From the IMG/VR virus record IMGVR_UViG_3300018080_008436, positions 186,001 to 250,000 of that record: a stretch of 64,000 nucleotides of DNA; one strand, 5' to 3'. Position 1 is the stretch's first letter. Every line of letters starts with the position of its first letter. The notes beneath the pieces were generated by a model. It was not told where the DNA came from. It saw only the letters and a list, made by a program, of their open reading frames with translations, and did no database searches. A program made the position numbers and the translations under genes. This document shows, piece after piece, positions 54,362-64,000 of the stretch.

Positions 54362-55279
54362 TTATATGTTGAGTTTTTCCTTAAGAATTTTCCTAAATGT
54401 CTTGGCCGCACCTTCTGGGGTAGCATTTTCCAAGTACCATTGATAGCCGTTTTCGGCAATTTCCTTGATATTATACCGATTTTCTAAGTCTTTGAGATCA
54501 GTATCCTCATCAATATAGATATAATGTTTACCTTCAACCAGTGGATTATAGTAATAGGGCTTGTAATTAAGCAGTAAAGGCTTCTTCATCATCATGTAAT
54601 CGATTTCTCTCCGATTCTTCTTGTCAGTAACGACAGTTGACCTTCCACCAAGAACGATACCATATTTACTTCTAGCCATATAATCTCGATATTCATCATC
54701 ATTCAGTGGTCTTCCGGTTTTCTTCAAACCTTGATCGCTTCTGATGACCTCAATTCCTTGTTTTTCTAACTCTGGAAGAAGCTTATGTCTGGCTTTCCAG
54801 TTCTTGCCACAGAAGAAACCAAGTCTATCAATTTCAACTTCTTGTTGAAGTTCTTCTTCTCTGCCAACAAACTTGGTGAACAAACGACTTGGAAAAAATG
54901 TCCAAGGACAGAACTTATCTCTGAACACTTGAAGTTCCTCAAGAGATTTTGGGATCATCTTCTTTCTATTCATATATCTATGAACTCGTTTAGTAGAAAC
55001 ATGACAATCTTGGACTTTGATAATCAAATCAAAATCATAATTGTAAACTCCCAGAGAATAACATGGACTTGGATATTCCCACAAATCAAGATAGATCTTC
55101 TTACCTGCACACTGCAATATAGTAGCTCGATACCATCTTGTTACTTTTAATGCTTCCTCATGATAAAACATGTCGTAAAGATCACTGTTTTTGAGAGCAT
55201 TCAAAAGGTATGGCATCCCTAGAGTACCACCATATCCGTCCAACTGCTTTTTATTAATACCTAACTTGATTTTTTCCAC
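54362..55279 (-). CDS. putative GT-B glycosyltransferase
   Basis: GFFCG...R.KL...YRDYMARSKYGIVLGG...REIDYMMM...LVEGKHYI...IAENG, a CgeB/GT1-like C-terminus. Confidence 0.6.
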   Translation of the reverse strand: MEKIKLGINKKQLDGYGGTLGMPYLLNALKNSDLYDMFYHEEALKVTRWYRATILQCAGKKIYLDLWEYPSPCYSLGVYNYDFDLIIKVQDCHVSTKRVHRYMNRKKMIPKSLEELQVFRDKFCPWTFFPSRLFTKFVGREEELQQEVEIDRLGFFCGKNWKARHKLLPELEKQGIEVIRSDQGLKKTGRPLNDDEYRDYMARSKYGIVLGGRSTVVTDKKNRREIDYMMMKKPLLLNYKPYYYNPLVEGKHYIYIDEDTDLKDLENRYNIKEIAENGYQWYLENATPEGAAKTFRKILKEKLNI

Positions 55280-55289
55280 TTTACTTCTC

Positions 55290-56600
55290 CTATGATCTAA
55301 ATGGCAAATGTTTAATTAATTTCCTCTCGCCTTTTGTCTTTTGAGAAACTGGTTTTGGAGTCGGAGGAACTTCTTCAATCTTCTCTATCTTTGGTTCAAC
55401 AGTAACAGTCTTAATATCAGTGTTGACCCTTTGGATATTCTGGTTACTGGACCCAACAGAAACGTCATCTCCCGTATTATCAACAGAAACTACACGATAA
55501 GATTTCTTAACTTCTGGGACTTCTTCAATCTCTGTAGTTCTAACAACAGGTTCTTGCGATTTCTTAACCTTAGCGGCAGTAGTCATTTCTCTTGATGCGG
55601 ATATAAGTTCATCTCTTTTCTCAAGATTCTTTAAATAAGGTTTCTGAGCGTCTTCTGGCTCATCTTTCGTCTTATCCTTATCTCCTGGCTTACAATACAT
55701 GCCCCAAGTTCTTTCATCCTCAACTTTTCCTAACTTTCCTGTCACTTCTTCCATAGCCTCTGAGAATGGCATGTGAGGGAAACAAGTAAGACCAGAATCA
55801 GGATTACAGTTGTAAACCTCAAGTCCTTCTTCCTTGAAATATGGCTGAAGTTTGGGATAATATTCAGTATTCATTATCTTGTATGTCTTCTTATTGCAGT
55901 TAACAGCACCTTTCTCTCGTCTTTCATCAAAATGATAAGTGTAGTCTTCAGACATTGTGAAATCTGCACCCAAAAGATAAATTCTTCTAAAACCAAGCAA
56001 GAAAAGGATTCTGACAGCAGGAAGCATAACGCTTCTACCTCCACCATACTGTCCACTATTTCCCCAGTTAATTTTATCTTCGAAAAGCCAACGGCTTGCC
56101 TCAAATTTCTCATTCCTATGAAAGAAAACGCAATTAGGGCACTCGCCAACAAGAACTTTCTTGCCCTCTTTCTTCATTTCTGACCAAGTATCATTATCAA
56201 AAATTGGCTTCTCAGCATGAGCATGTGGAACAAACTTAGTAATTGCTGGATCAAGCCAAATTGATTTAAGAAATCTCTGAGGATCATCTACGCATGACCA
56301 AAAAGTTGGTCGAAAAGTCGCAGGTCCATTGTTTACCCCATAAGTGATGACCCCTGGTTTTTTTAACGCCGCAAGATCATACATCCCACTTACTAAACTT
56401 GGCCCATTAAGAATCAAAAAAGCAGAAGCTCCTTTGTATTGACCAACCAAATTTAACTGAGCGCACTCTCTGGTAAAGAAGAATGGAGTCTGCTGATAAT
56501 ATTCATTCGACACGCAATGTCCAAGGTGTCTATCTCGATGATGCCTGAATGTCTTAATATCATTGCCGTCTTTAAGTAAGCTTCTACGTCTGGTTCCCAT
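55290..56600 (-). CDS. Maf/DUF115 (MptE-like) family protein, putative sugar transferase
   Basis: AFLILNGPSL, ITYGVNN, GGRSV...LFLLGFRRIYLLGADF, VYNCNPDS. Confidence 0.7.
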   Translation of the reverse strand: MGTRRRSLLKDGNDIKTFRHHRDRHLGHCVSNEYYQQTPFFFTRECAQLNLVGQYKGASAFLILNGPSLVSGMYDLAALKKPGVITYGVNNGPATFRPTFWSCVDDPQRFLKSIWLDPAITKFVPHAHAEKPIFDNDTWSEMKKEGKKVLVGECPNCVFFHRNEKFEASRWLFEDKINWGNSGQYGGGRSVMLPAVRILFLLGFRRIYLLGADFTMSEDYTYHFDERREKGAVNCNKKTYKIMNTEYYPKLQPYFKEEGLEVYNCNPDSGLTCFPHMPFSEAMEEVTGKLGKVEDERTWGMYCKPGDKDKTKDEPEDAQKPYLKNLEKRDELISASREMTTAAKVKKSQEPVVRTTEIEEVPEVKKSYRVVSVDNTGDDVSVGSSNQNIQRVNTDIKTVTVEPKIEKIEEVPPTPKPVSQKTKGERKLIKHLPFRS

Positions 56601-56629
56601 ATATATTCTCCATTAAGAACTTTTTTTCA

Positions 56630-56977
56630 TTATACAATAACCTCTTCACCAAACTCAACATCGAACCCAGTTACTAGAAAGGTTTTTTCTTTTGTTTCGC
56701 CATTAAATGGTTTTACATAATATTCTACTACAATTTTAGTGAATTCATCAGCCGAGGCATCGAGTCGGATAGATTTAACCGCTCCATTGCTGATTTCTTC
56801 ATTTTTTACATTACACTTTATATCCATTCCATGGATGTAGAACTGAGAATAGTGTTGTCTACCAAATATTCTTCCATCAGAAATGCAAATGGGGGATGGA
56901 AATGAAGAATCAAGTCTCCCTCCATGGAAATTACTATGTTCGGACATCCTTATACCTCTATTACGTGCTCGTCCCAT
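56630..56977 (-). CDS. hypothetical protein
   Basis: 115-aa ORF in an operon-like run. Confidence 0.55.
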   Translation of the reverse strand: MGRARNRGIRMSEHSNFHGGRLDSSFPSPICISDGRIFGRQHYSQFYIHGMDIKCNVKNEEISNGAVKSIRLDASADEFTKIVVEYYVKPFNGETKEKTFLVTGFDVEFGEEVIV

Positions 56978-57297
56978 AGCTTTTGCGCTTCTTCTCTATC
57001 ATTTGCTAAAAAATCAACATCTAAACGAGATATGGGGAATCTTGCAACCTTACCTTTTTCCCCATTTGTCCCGTAAGTTTCAATTATTAAGTAACAGACA
57101 TCTCCAGCAACAACCTCAATTGTGGCACGTTTAAGAGTATACTCATCTGGTAGTTCCCATGTATCTTTTGCGTCTATTTCAATCTTATCCCATGTTAACT
57201 TTTCAAAATCTGGACCATGTTCTCCGCTCATGTTACACATTTTTTTTGGACGACCAAAAAGACAACAAAGACAAGTATCTGATCTTAATTTTTTCAT
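56950..57297 (-). CDS. hypothetical protein
   Basis: 115-aa ORF. Confidence 0.55.
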   Translation of the reverse strand: MKKLRSDTCLCCLFGRPKKMCNMSGEHGPDFEKLTWDKIEIDAKDTWELPDEYTLKRATIEVVAGDVCYLIIETYGTNGEKGKVARFPISRLDVDFLANDREEAQKLWDEHVIEV

Positions 57298-57300
57298 GAT

Positions 57301-58041
57301 TTACCTTTGGATATTTGGCCCACCCCTATCATGATTGAGATGATATTGAGGAAGAACATTTAACGGTCTTCTGCCACCCATATGAACTCTAAACTGTCGG
57401 TCAGATTTCGTTCTTCTCCAAACATCTCTAAGTCTGTGGCAGTATCTCCCTACTTTCGTTCCATCTTCCTGAACATCACCCTTCTCTTTGATTGCCTCAA
57501 CTCTTGCCAATTGAAAATATCCAGCACAGGTTTTTCTTCCGCTAATCCATTTCTTTGGCCAATCTTTGGGAATTTGAGCCACATCCTCGATTACACAAGG
57601 ATAAACTCTCTCGTCATTTTCGAAATATTCTATGCAAAAGGGAATATCTAAAGAATGACGATCAGCCCCAAGAACTTTTGTTTCGTCTTTATAATCATCA
57701 CTCTCTAGCTTCTTCTTAATATCATCAAAAAACATTGGATCATACACCATATCAGAATCGGCAAACAAAATCCAATCAGCTTCTGTTGCTCCTGCCCTCA
57801 TATTTCGAGGAATAGCCCTATTAGGAGCCTGTTTAGGGGTCAATTCGACATCAAGTATGTTCAAACCCTTTTCTTTAAAAAAATCAATAACCTGAGGAGT
57901 TGTTGGATCTCCATTTTCAGGGGTATAAGAAATGCTAACCAGTATGTCTGGTATATCTCCTTTCTGTTGCAATATCGAACTGAGCATCCAACACAATCTT
58001 CGTTGATATGAATGACAATGTATACAAATTTCTAATTTCAT
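57301..58041 (-). CDS. GT-A (family 2-like) glycosyltransferase
   Basis: RN..A......DWILFADSDMVY (DxD); GYFQL. Confidence 0.75.
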   Translation of the reverse strand: MKLEICIHCHSYQRRLCWMLSSILQQKGDIPDILVSISYTPENGDPTTPQVIDFFKEKGLNILDVELTPKQAPNRAIPRNMRAGATEADWILFADSDMVYDPMFFDDIKKKLESDDYKDETKVLGADRHSLDIPFCIEYFENDERVYPCVIEDVAQIPKDWPKKWISGRKTCAGYFQLARVEAIKEKGDVQEDGTKVGRYCHRLRDVWRRTKSDRQFRVHMGGRRPLNVLPQYHLNHDRGGPNIQR

Positions 58042-58050
58042 AAAAACTCC

Positions 58051-58719
58051 TTAAGCTTTAACAAACCACCAAGATCTGATTACACCTCCAACAGCATGGA
58101 TCTTATAACCATATCTCGCTCCATAATAATCTACTACCGTTTTGACATGATAATCCAAACCTCTCCCCCAATAATCTTTCATGCCAGAATTCTCACCATC
58201 TTTATAATCATGACCTGCTACCACTCCACCCGTTCTAACTTTAGGAGTCCATGCATAGATATCATTAAATATTCCTTCCAAACTGTGGTCGCCATCGATG
58301 TATACAAAATCAAGAAGGCCATCTGGGATTTCCTGATAAACCTCAATACTAAATGCCTTGACTAATTCAACCCTTCCAGCATCAATAAATTCTTTCAGAT
58401 GATTCTCACAATCTTTTTGTCGATTACTTCCATCCTTGTCATACTTTTCTTTCCCATAACCAGATCCAAAATCATCAATCCATGGATCAATACAATAGTA
58501 TTTCTGCAAATCTGATTTAGAAACCATGTGGTGAGAAAACGTCCCCTTGTCAACCCCTATTTCTGCTCCGAATTGATATTTCATATCTTTGCAAAGCTTA
58601 GGAAAAAAGTGATCTCGGTACTTATTTTTTCCTTTCTCTTTAAGGATCTTACTCGCGACTTCTTCAACTTGATTGATTATTTGTTCATTCCTGTACTTCA
58701 CCATAGAAAACTCCAGCAT
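58051..58719 (-). CDS. class I SAM methyltransferase (Methyltransf_24-like)
   Basis: GAEIGVDKG, YCIDPW, DFVYIDGDHS, GGVVAGHDY; start uncertain (58719 or 58704). Confidence 0.88.
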   Translation of the reverse strand: MLEFSMVKYRNEQIINQVEEVASKILKEKGKNKYRDHFFPKLCKDMKYQFGAEIGVDKGTFSHHMVSKSDLQKYYCIDPWIDDFGSGYGKEKYDKDGSNRQKDCENHLKEFIDAGRVELVKAFSIEVYQEIPDGLLDFVYIDGDHSLEGIFNDIYAWTPKVRTGGVVAGHDYKDGENSGMKDYWGRGLDYHVKTVVDYYGARYGYKIHAVGGVIRSWWFVKA

Positions 58720-58736
58720 TATTGTATTCGAATTTA

Positions 58737-59528
58737 TTATACAGTTTCGTCGTAGATCCCACCCCATCCATTTGGGTTGGCCTTATAGGGTCTTGTCCCC
58801 CTCATCGCCTTGGTAAGAATCTTCTTGTTCTTCTCCTGACAAGCCAGATCATTTTTTAAATTTGGCTTAGAATGTGGTTGATGAAAAAGATTTATGCTTT
58901 CCATTGTCTCTCCAAGCCAAATAACCTTGGCTCCTGATCGCCCCATTCTTGTAAAAAGATCAAAATCTTCAGAACCCCACCCTACAAAAGCTTCATCAAA
59001 ACCTCCGACTTTATGCCATTGATCAATGTGAGCACACTGACAGCCGCCAGCAGTAGTTCTTTTTTTGATTCTCCCCCGTCTACATGAAGCTAAATTTTCG
59101 AATGGGTCAAGTCTCCCTTTGTATATCTGATTAGCTATTTTTGGTTTCCAATACATAGTCCTAGACTCAATGAAAACATTTGGAGCAACTCTCTTCAAAA
59201 TCTCATCAACAAAAGTTGGCCCGAAAAAGATATCAACATCAGTGGTCATGATGTATGGAGTTCTAGCATTTCTAATTCCCACATTGTTCATCTTCGCTCT
59301 TTCAAATTCTTCCCCAAGAGGCTCTTGAACAATTCTAATCAATGGTTCGCATTCTCTGGATTCAAAAAACTTCTTAAGTTCATCATAATTCTTACTCCCA
59401 CCATCAGCTATAACCACCTCAAAATCTTTATTGGTTTGCTTTTCTAATGATAATAAGAAAAACTTTGTGATATTCTTTTTAAGGTCTAACCGATCCCTAT
59501 TAGAAGCGGCTATAGTCAAGGTTTTCAT
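58737..59528 (-). CDS. family 2 / galactosyltransferase-type glycosyltransferase
   Basis: FEVVIADGGS, NVGIRNA, TDVD, GGFDEAFVGWGSEDFDL, FHQPH. Confidence 0.9.
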   Translation of the reverse strand: MKTLTIAASNRDRLDLKKNITKFFLLSLEKQTNKDFEVVIADGGSKNYDELKKFFESRECEPLIRIVQEPLGEEFERAKMNNVGIRNARTPYIMTTDVDIFFGPTFVDEILKRVAPNVFIESRTMYWKPKIANQIYKGRLDPFENLASCRRGRIKKRTTAGGCQCAHIDQWHKVGGFDEAFVGWGSEDFDLFTRMGRSGAKVIWLGETMESINLFHQPHSKPNLKNDLACQEKNKKILTKAMRGTRPYKANPNGWGGIYDETV

Positions 59529-60262
59529 TACTTCTCCTTTGGCGGGGCGTATCTATACGATGGAAGTCCCTGATAGTGTATAAAATGAACTCTTTTGGAA
59601 TTAATCTCTTTCTTTGTATATGAAGAATACTTCCATAAATTGCAAAATTCTGGCTCATGCAGTTCCCAGTATTTCTCTTGTCCCATCCATCCTCCAGATC
59701 TACGATCCATCGCCCTTGCAAGTGGAGGCTCCGCTGAATTCCCAGGTTTCTTTTCCCAACATTCTATGATCTCATCTGGGAAGGTCTTATCTCTAATGTA
59801 AAGGAATCCTGCATTAGGAAGCTTTCTGGTATCCTTCTTGCCTCTCCAGAAACATTTCCTGCGCTTATATTGCTGTAAATTAGCTTGACAGTATTCCTTC
59901 TTCCCCATAACTTCCCAGAAATCATTCGGCAATGCTTTTTTTGCGTGACAATCCCAATCAATAAACACAATCTCATCATAATCTTCCATGGCTATCTTTA
60001 AAATATCCAATTTATGTCGATATTGATTAGAAGACAAATCATATGGATGTGGATCTTTGTCCAGAAGAACCAAATTATCCATTGAAAATCTATCCCTGAG
60101 ATGATTATAATTCTCTTCTCCGAATATATAGGTTACAAATGGTGCTGTGAATGGATTCTTCAGAGTTTTATTGATATCATATTCCATCTTATAACGTCTT
60201 TCCACAACCCTATTCTCTCTTGAGAAAATCCCCCACAGTCCTCTTATAAATGCTCTTTTCAT
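59528..60262 (-). CDS. putative GT-A sugar transferase (paralog family, 4 copies)
   Basis: KRAFIRGLWG...YRHKLDIL...DEIVFIDWD...NAGF. Confidence 0.65.
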   Translation of the reverse strand: MKRAFIRGLWGIFSRENRVVERRYKMEYDINKTLKNPFTAPFVTYIFGEENYNHLRDRFSMDNLVLLDKDPHPYDLSSNQYRHKLDILKIAMEDYDEIVFIDWDCHAKKALPNDFWEVMGKKEYCQANLQQYKRRKCFWRGKKDTRKLPNAGFLYIRDKTFPDEIIECWEKKPGNSAEPPLARAMDRRSGGWMGQEKYWELHEPEFCNLWKYSSYTKKEINSKRVHFIHYQGLPSYRYAPPKEK

Positions 60263-60273
60263 AAGTTTCTCCT

Positions 60274-61005
60274 TTACCAACCAACCCTCAATCTTCTGTG
60301 GACCTGTTTTTTATTTAAGTGTTTGAAGCACCTGTTTTTTGATGCATATTGTTCTTTGGAAAATACCTTGCACTCATCTAGATAGAAAAAATCAGGCTCA
60401 AAATTATTCCAATACTCTTCCATACCTTGCCATCCACCGAGAAGATCATCTGTGTATTTTGCAATAACTCTTTCTTCAGACCATGGCCTACCCATATCTT
60501 CCCATAACTGCAATAGATCCTCTGCCACTTTCTTCTCTCTACAATAGACAAAACTAGCACAAGGGATCATCTTCAAATTTTCAGTTCTCCACTTGGCTTT
60601 TCTTCTTTTGTAAGATCGAAGTATAGCTTGTAGAGGTTGCTTTTTGCTAAGGACTTCCCAGAAATCTTCTGGCAATCTTTTGATTGGATATGTGTCCCAA
60701 TCAAGAAATACAACTTCATCAAATTCCTGCATACCTTGATAAAGAACCTCCAACTTATGTCTGAACTGTTCTGTATCTATATCCCAGACAATCGGCCTCT
60801 TATCGACCAGTTTCGCGTTAAAACCCTCATCTACCAGGAACTTATAGTTATCTTCCCCAAATACATAAGCGGTAAAAGGCTCGTTCCATGGATTCGCTTT
60901 CAAAACCTTAATGTCGTTATCTATTTTGGAGCGCCTTTTATATAAACGACGACCTTGATGGTCATGAATGCCCCACAAACCTCTTATAAAGCCTCTTTTC
61001 ATCAA
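60274..61005 (-). CDS. putative GT-A sugar transferase (paralog)
   Basis: RGFIRGLWG...FRHKLE...VFLDWD. Confidence 0.65.
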   Translation of the reverse strand: MMKRGFIRGLWGIHDHQGRRLYKRRSKIDNDIKVLKANPWNEPFTAYVFGEDNYKFLVDEGFNAKLVDKRPIVWDIDTEQFRHKLEVLYQGMQEFDEVVFLDWDTYPIKRLPEDFWEVLSKKQPLQAILRSYKRRKAKWRTENLKMIPCASFVYCREKKVAEDLLQLWEDMGRPWSEERVIAKYTDDLLGGWQGMEEYWNNFEPDFFYLDECKVFSKEQYASKNRCFKHLNKKQVHRRLRVGW

Positions 61006-61006
61006 C

Positions 61007-61567
61007 TTAATCCTTATCTAAATCACTTACTTTGAAAAGCCAACTAGTATCAATGAATTTCTTATGTGGTATCCCTAAAACTTCATGAACAGCCTTCCTA
61101 ACAGAATCTCTCTTAATATCATGGCCAGTAATATATCCAGTTTTCTTGACTTTTGGCAACCACTTTATAATATCATTCTTAACGGCTTCATATTGATGGT
61201 TGCCGTCAATATATACCAAATCTAAGCTCTCATCTTCGAACTTATCAACTGCCTCATCTCCAGGCATTTTGTATTTTTTAAGTTTATCTTTGTGTGGAGC
61301 CATTTTTTGATCGAACATCTTCTCTACAAGCTCCATTGGCCTGCTTTTAGAAGCGCCATCACTATCATCATAACCATTCTGCCAAGGGTCAATGGCATGA
61401 ATCATTTTGATATTATTGTCAGATGCAAAAATTGACGTACTATCTCCTGAATAACAACCAATTTCTACCATAACAATATCTTTCATATCACTAACGTATT
61501 TAATCATATTCTTAAGGCCGTTTATGAGTTTGGCCTTTCTTCGCATTATATTCCTACTCATTTCCAA
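61007..61567 (-). CDS. class I SAM methyltransferase (Methyltransf_24-like)
   Basis: VEIGCYSGDST, AIDPW, DLVYIDGNH, GYITGHD. Confidence 0.88.
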   Translation of the reverse strand: MEMSRNIMRRKAKLINGLKNMIKYVSDMKDIVMVEIGCYSGDSTSIFASDNNIKMIHAIDPWQNGYDDSDGASKSRPMELVEKMFDQKMAPHKDKLKKYKMPGDEAVDKFEDESLDLVYIDGNHQYEAVKNDIIKWLPKVKKTGYITGHDIKRDSVRKAVHEVLGIPHKKFIDTSWLFKVSDLDKD

Positions 61568-62289
61568 CCTCTCTTTAATCTACCAGCAACCTGCTTTTGG
61601 TTTAGGTGCTTGAAACATCTGTTCTTTGTTTTATATTGCTCTCTTGAGAACAAAATACATTCATCTAGATAGAAGAAATCAGGCTCGAAGTTATCCCAAT
61701 AAACATCCATACCCTGCCAACCACCTAAAGCCTCATCCATGTATCGTGCCATAATTATTTCTTCAGACCATGGTCTACCTCTTTGCTCCCACATTTCACA
61801 AAGTCTTTCAGTAACAGCCTTATCTCTACAATAAACAAAGCTTGCGCAAGGAACTTTTCTCTGCTCATCTTTTCGCCATGTAGCTTTCTTTCTGTGGTAA
61901 ATACGTAAAATAGCCTGAAACGATCTTTTCTTGCCAAGAACTTCCCAAAAATCCTTTGGTAATGGTTTCGTTGGTAATGTATCCCAGTCAAGGAATACCA
62001 TCTCATCGAAATCATTCATCCCTTGATCGAATGCTTCAAGTTTATGTCTGAATTGCTCTTTTTCCATATCCCAGACAATTGGTTTCTTATCGACCAATCT
62101 GGAATCAATCCCTTCGTCCAAAAGATACTTATGATTGTCCTCTCCAAAAGTATAACAAACATAAGGCTCGTTCCAGGGATTCATCTTAAGTAGTTTAATG
62201 TCATTATCAATTTTAGAACGTCTTTTATAGAGGCGACGACCCTGATGATCATGAATCCCCCATAGACTTCTTACAAAACCTCTCTTCAT
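61558..62289 (-). CDS. putative GT-A sugar transferase (close paralog of 60274)
   Basis: Identical stretch LWGIHDHQGRRLYKRRSKIDNDIK. Confidence 0.65.
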   Translation of the reverse strand: MKRGFVRSLWGIHDHQGRRLYKRRSKIDNDIKLLKMNPWNEPYVCYTFGEDNHKYLLDEGIDSRLVDKKPIVWDMEKEQFRHKLEAFDQGMNDFDEMVFLDWDTLPTKPLPKDFWEVLGKKRSFQAILRIYHRKKATWRKDEQRKVPCASFVYCRDKAVTERLCEMWEQRGRPWSEEIIMARYMDEALGGWQGMDVYWDNFEPDFFYLDECILFSREQYKTKNRCFKHLNQKQVAGRLKRGWK

Positions 62290-62299
62290 TATTTATACC

Positions 62300-63046
62300 T
62301 CATAGTAAATGTAAAAAACATGATTTCTTTCCATCTAACATGGTTTGTGAATAGACGGATTTTCTTCTTAAATTGCAAACCTCTGGCTCAAACAAATTCC
62401 AGTAGACTTCTGAACCACACCAACCACCACAGAAATCATCAATGTATTTAGACATTGCAGGTTCATCATCAAAAATCAAACTTTTTTCTCGGAACCGAAG
62501 TTCCAATCCTCTTTTCTGTCTTTCCGCCTGCTTTTCGTCAACCCATTTATGAAGGCCATCCCATATATCTATCATCTTTTCTGGGATAGAATCATCTCTA
62601 AAATAGGCGAATCCTCCATTACAAACTTTTCTAAGATCTGTTTCTCTCCAAAGGCACTTTTTAGTCCTATATTGGAATAGGTTAGCCTGGAAGGACTCTT
62701 TTTTACCCAATTCGTCCCAAACATAGTCGAATTTATCAGTTGGCACACAATCCCAATCGAGAAAAGCAATCTCATCAAAATAATTGAATGCGATATGAAA
62801 AATCTCTAGTTTATGACGGTACATCTCCGTTTCAAGATCCCACATGGTTGGGAATGTATTTACGCAGATGGAGTTAAAGCCATTATCTTCCAGCCATTTG
62901 TGGTTCTCATGCCCAAACGTAAATATCGTAAACCAATCTCGTTCTTTGGTTTCAAGAATTTCCTTTTGGATTTTACCGTTACGATGTTTCCAAACATCGC
63001 CCCACAAACCTCTTATGAATGCTCTCCTTACAGTGGACATTCCCAT
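62300..63046 (-). CDS. putative GT-A sugar transferase (paralog)
   Basis: RRAFIRGLWG...YRHKLEI...DEIAFLDWD...NGGF. Confidence 0.65.
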   Translation of the reverse strand: MGMSTVRRAFIRGLWGDVWKHRNGKIQKEILETKERDWFTIFTFGHENHKWLEDNGFNSICVNTFPTMWDLETEMYRHKLEIFHIAFNYFDEIAFLDWDCVPTDKFDYVWDELGKKESFQANLFQYRTKKCLWRETDLRKVCNGGFAYFRDDSIPEKMIDIWDGLHKWVDEKQAERQKRGLELRFREKSLIFDDEPAMSKYIDDFCGGWCGSEVYWNLFEPEVCNLRRKSVYSQTMLDGKKSCFLHLL

Positions 63047-63834
63047 CCAAGCTCCTCAGATAACTCTTTCAGTTCATCATTTTGAGTTAATTTGACGAAA
63101 CGATTGTCGTCTTTGACAGTTTCCCATCTTTTGAGAACATTCATCGACTGGGCATCCTTCTTTTTCTTCATTCCGTCAAAACTACTTCCCCATGATCTCC
63201 CATGACCTATCTTCATGACTGTATTCAATCGACTATCATCTTCTTTGAGGTCAAGAATTGTTTCCAACAACCTTCTGTACTGTGGATCTGAAAACCATTC
63301 ATCATATTTAAGAACAACCTTATGTTCAAAATTCTGAGTCTTGTTCAGACATTCTTTGGCCATTTTTATCCACATTTTTGAGAAACTATTTGGATTTGAC
63401 AAAAGTCTGTTCCTACCCCAGTTTAATACACTAGCATATTGGTTATATGGGTCTCGTATTACAAGGACATTATCTCTTCGTTTACTAAACTCATCCAGTC
63501 CATATTGTTGACAGAAATAATGTTTCTGCTCTCGAATCTCTGGGTTGAGTCCAATATCGAATACTGTAAACTCCGTTCCGAGAATGATCGCACTTGGCTT
63601 GGAATTTCCAACCTCATCATAATGAGTCAGTTCCTTATATCCCAACTCATCTTTAGTAAAAGCCCAAAAAGGGATTTCAAAACCAACCATCTTGCCTTTC
63701 TTTCTGCCAAGCTGAGACATACAGTTCTTATAAACAACTGAATCAAAATGACCTATAAGCCAAGATGTGATTGCATGCTGTCCAGTTCTCTGTACTCCCA
63801 CTACATGAATTTCTCTATCAGTTGCGTAATTCAT
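63028..63834 (-). CDS. sulfotransferase-like protein
   Basis: VVGVQRTGQHAI (5'-PSB-like) and VIRDPYNQYAS (3'-PB-like); LKYDEW. Confidence 0.7.
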   Translation of the reverse strand: MNYATDREIHVVGVQRTGQHAITSWLIGHFDSVVYKNCMSQLGRKKGKMVGFEIPFWAFTKDELGYKELTHYDEVGNSKPSAIILGTEFTVFDIGLNPEIREQKHYFCQQYGLDEFSKRRDNVLVIRDPYNQYASVLNWGRNRLLSNPNSFSKMWIKMAKECLNKTQNFEHKVVLKYDEWFSDPQYRRLLETILDLKEDDSRLNTVMKIGHGRSWGSSFDGMKKKKDAQSMNVLKRWETVKDDNRFVKLTQNDELKELSEELGWECPL

Positions 63835-64000
63835 TTTACCTCACGAATTATGAATATAAAATCTTCCTCTTTGGGTTCAATAACCTCGCACTTAGGGCAT
63901 TCAAAATCATTCTTCTTGTTTATTTTTTCACAAGTATCTGACCCACCATGTTCAAAACATAACATGGGATGAGGTTCTTCCTCAGGCATATTGGCGTTTT
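63831..64000 (-). CDS. C-terminal end of a hypothetical protein (partial)
   Basis: Open frame from the window edge ending ...CPKCEVIEPKEEDFIFIIREVK-TGA, overlapping the next ATG. Confidence 0.5.
   Translation of the reverse strand, partial: NANMPEEEPHPMLCFEHGGSDTCEKINKKNDFECPKCEVIEPKEEDFIFIIREVK

Noticed and set aside
1-64000. Stop-codon reassignment (TAG or TGA recoding)
   Set aside because: Long genes are intact in code 11, TAG and TGA end coupled ORFs normally, and no suppressor tRNA was seen. The TAG in the RF gene needs a frameshift; readthrough gives non-homologous sequence.

Overview
AT-rich fragment of a large (jumbo-type) phage genome in the standard genetic code; an LpxR-like gene suggests a Gram-negative host. 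1-6.8 kb (minus): DnaE, thymidylate kinase, ClpP and nucleotide enzymes. 7.0-7.35 kb: a tmRNA. 7.4-16.3 kb (plus): a Gln/Asn tRNA cluster, an HNH endonuclease, tRNA-Cys, RtcB and an LpxR-like protein. 16.4-52 kb (minus): Ser-rich, probably virion-associated proteins, including a 2527-aa serine-repeat protein and 12 ORFs sharing an N-terminal module, interrupted by a Thr/Lys tRNA cluster and a release-factor gene. 52-53.2 kb: a Val/Ala/Ile tRNA cluster. 54-64 kb: glycosyl-, methyl- and sulfotransferase-like genes. Main finding: each of the three tRNA clusters sits behind a near-identical promoter, a 24-28 codon leader peptide rich in exactly the amino acids of that cluster (Q/N, T/K, V/A/I), an antiterminator and an intrinsic terminator. 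This looks like ribosome-mediated attenuation of phage tRNA operons. Also notable: an RF1-type release factor split by a CUU-UAG-C +1 frameshift site, two tRNAs with related inserts at position 28/29, and type II tRNA-Asn and tRNA-Lys. All calls are by eye; no searches or folding were run.
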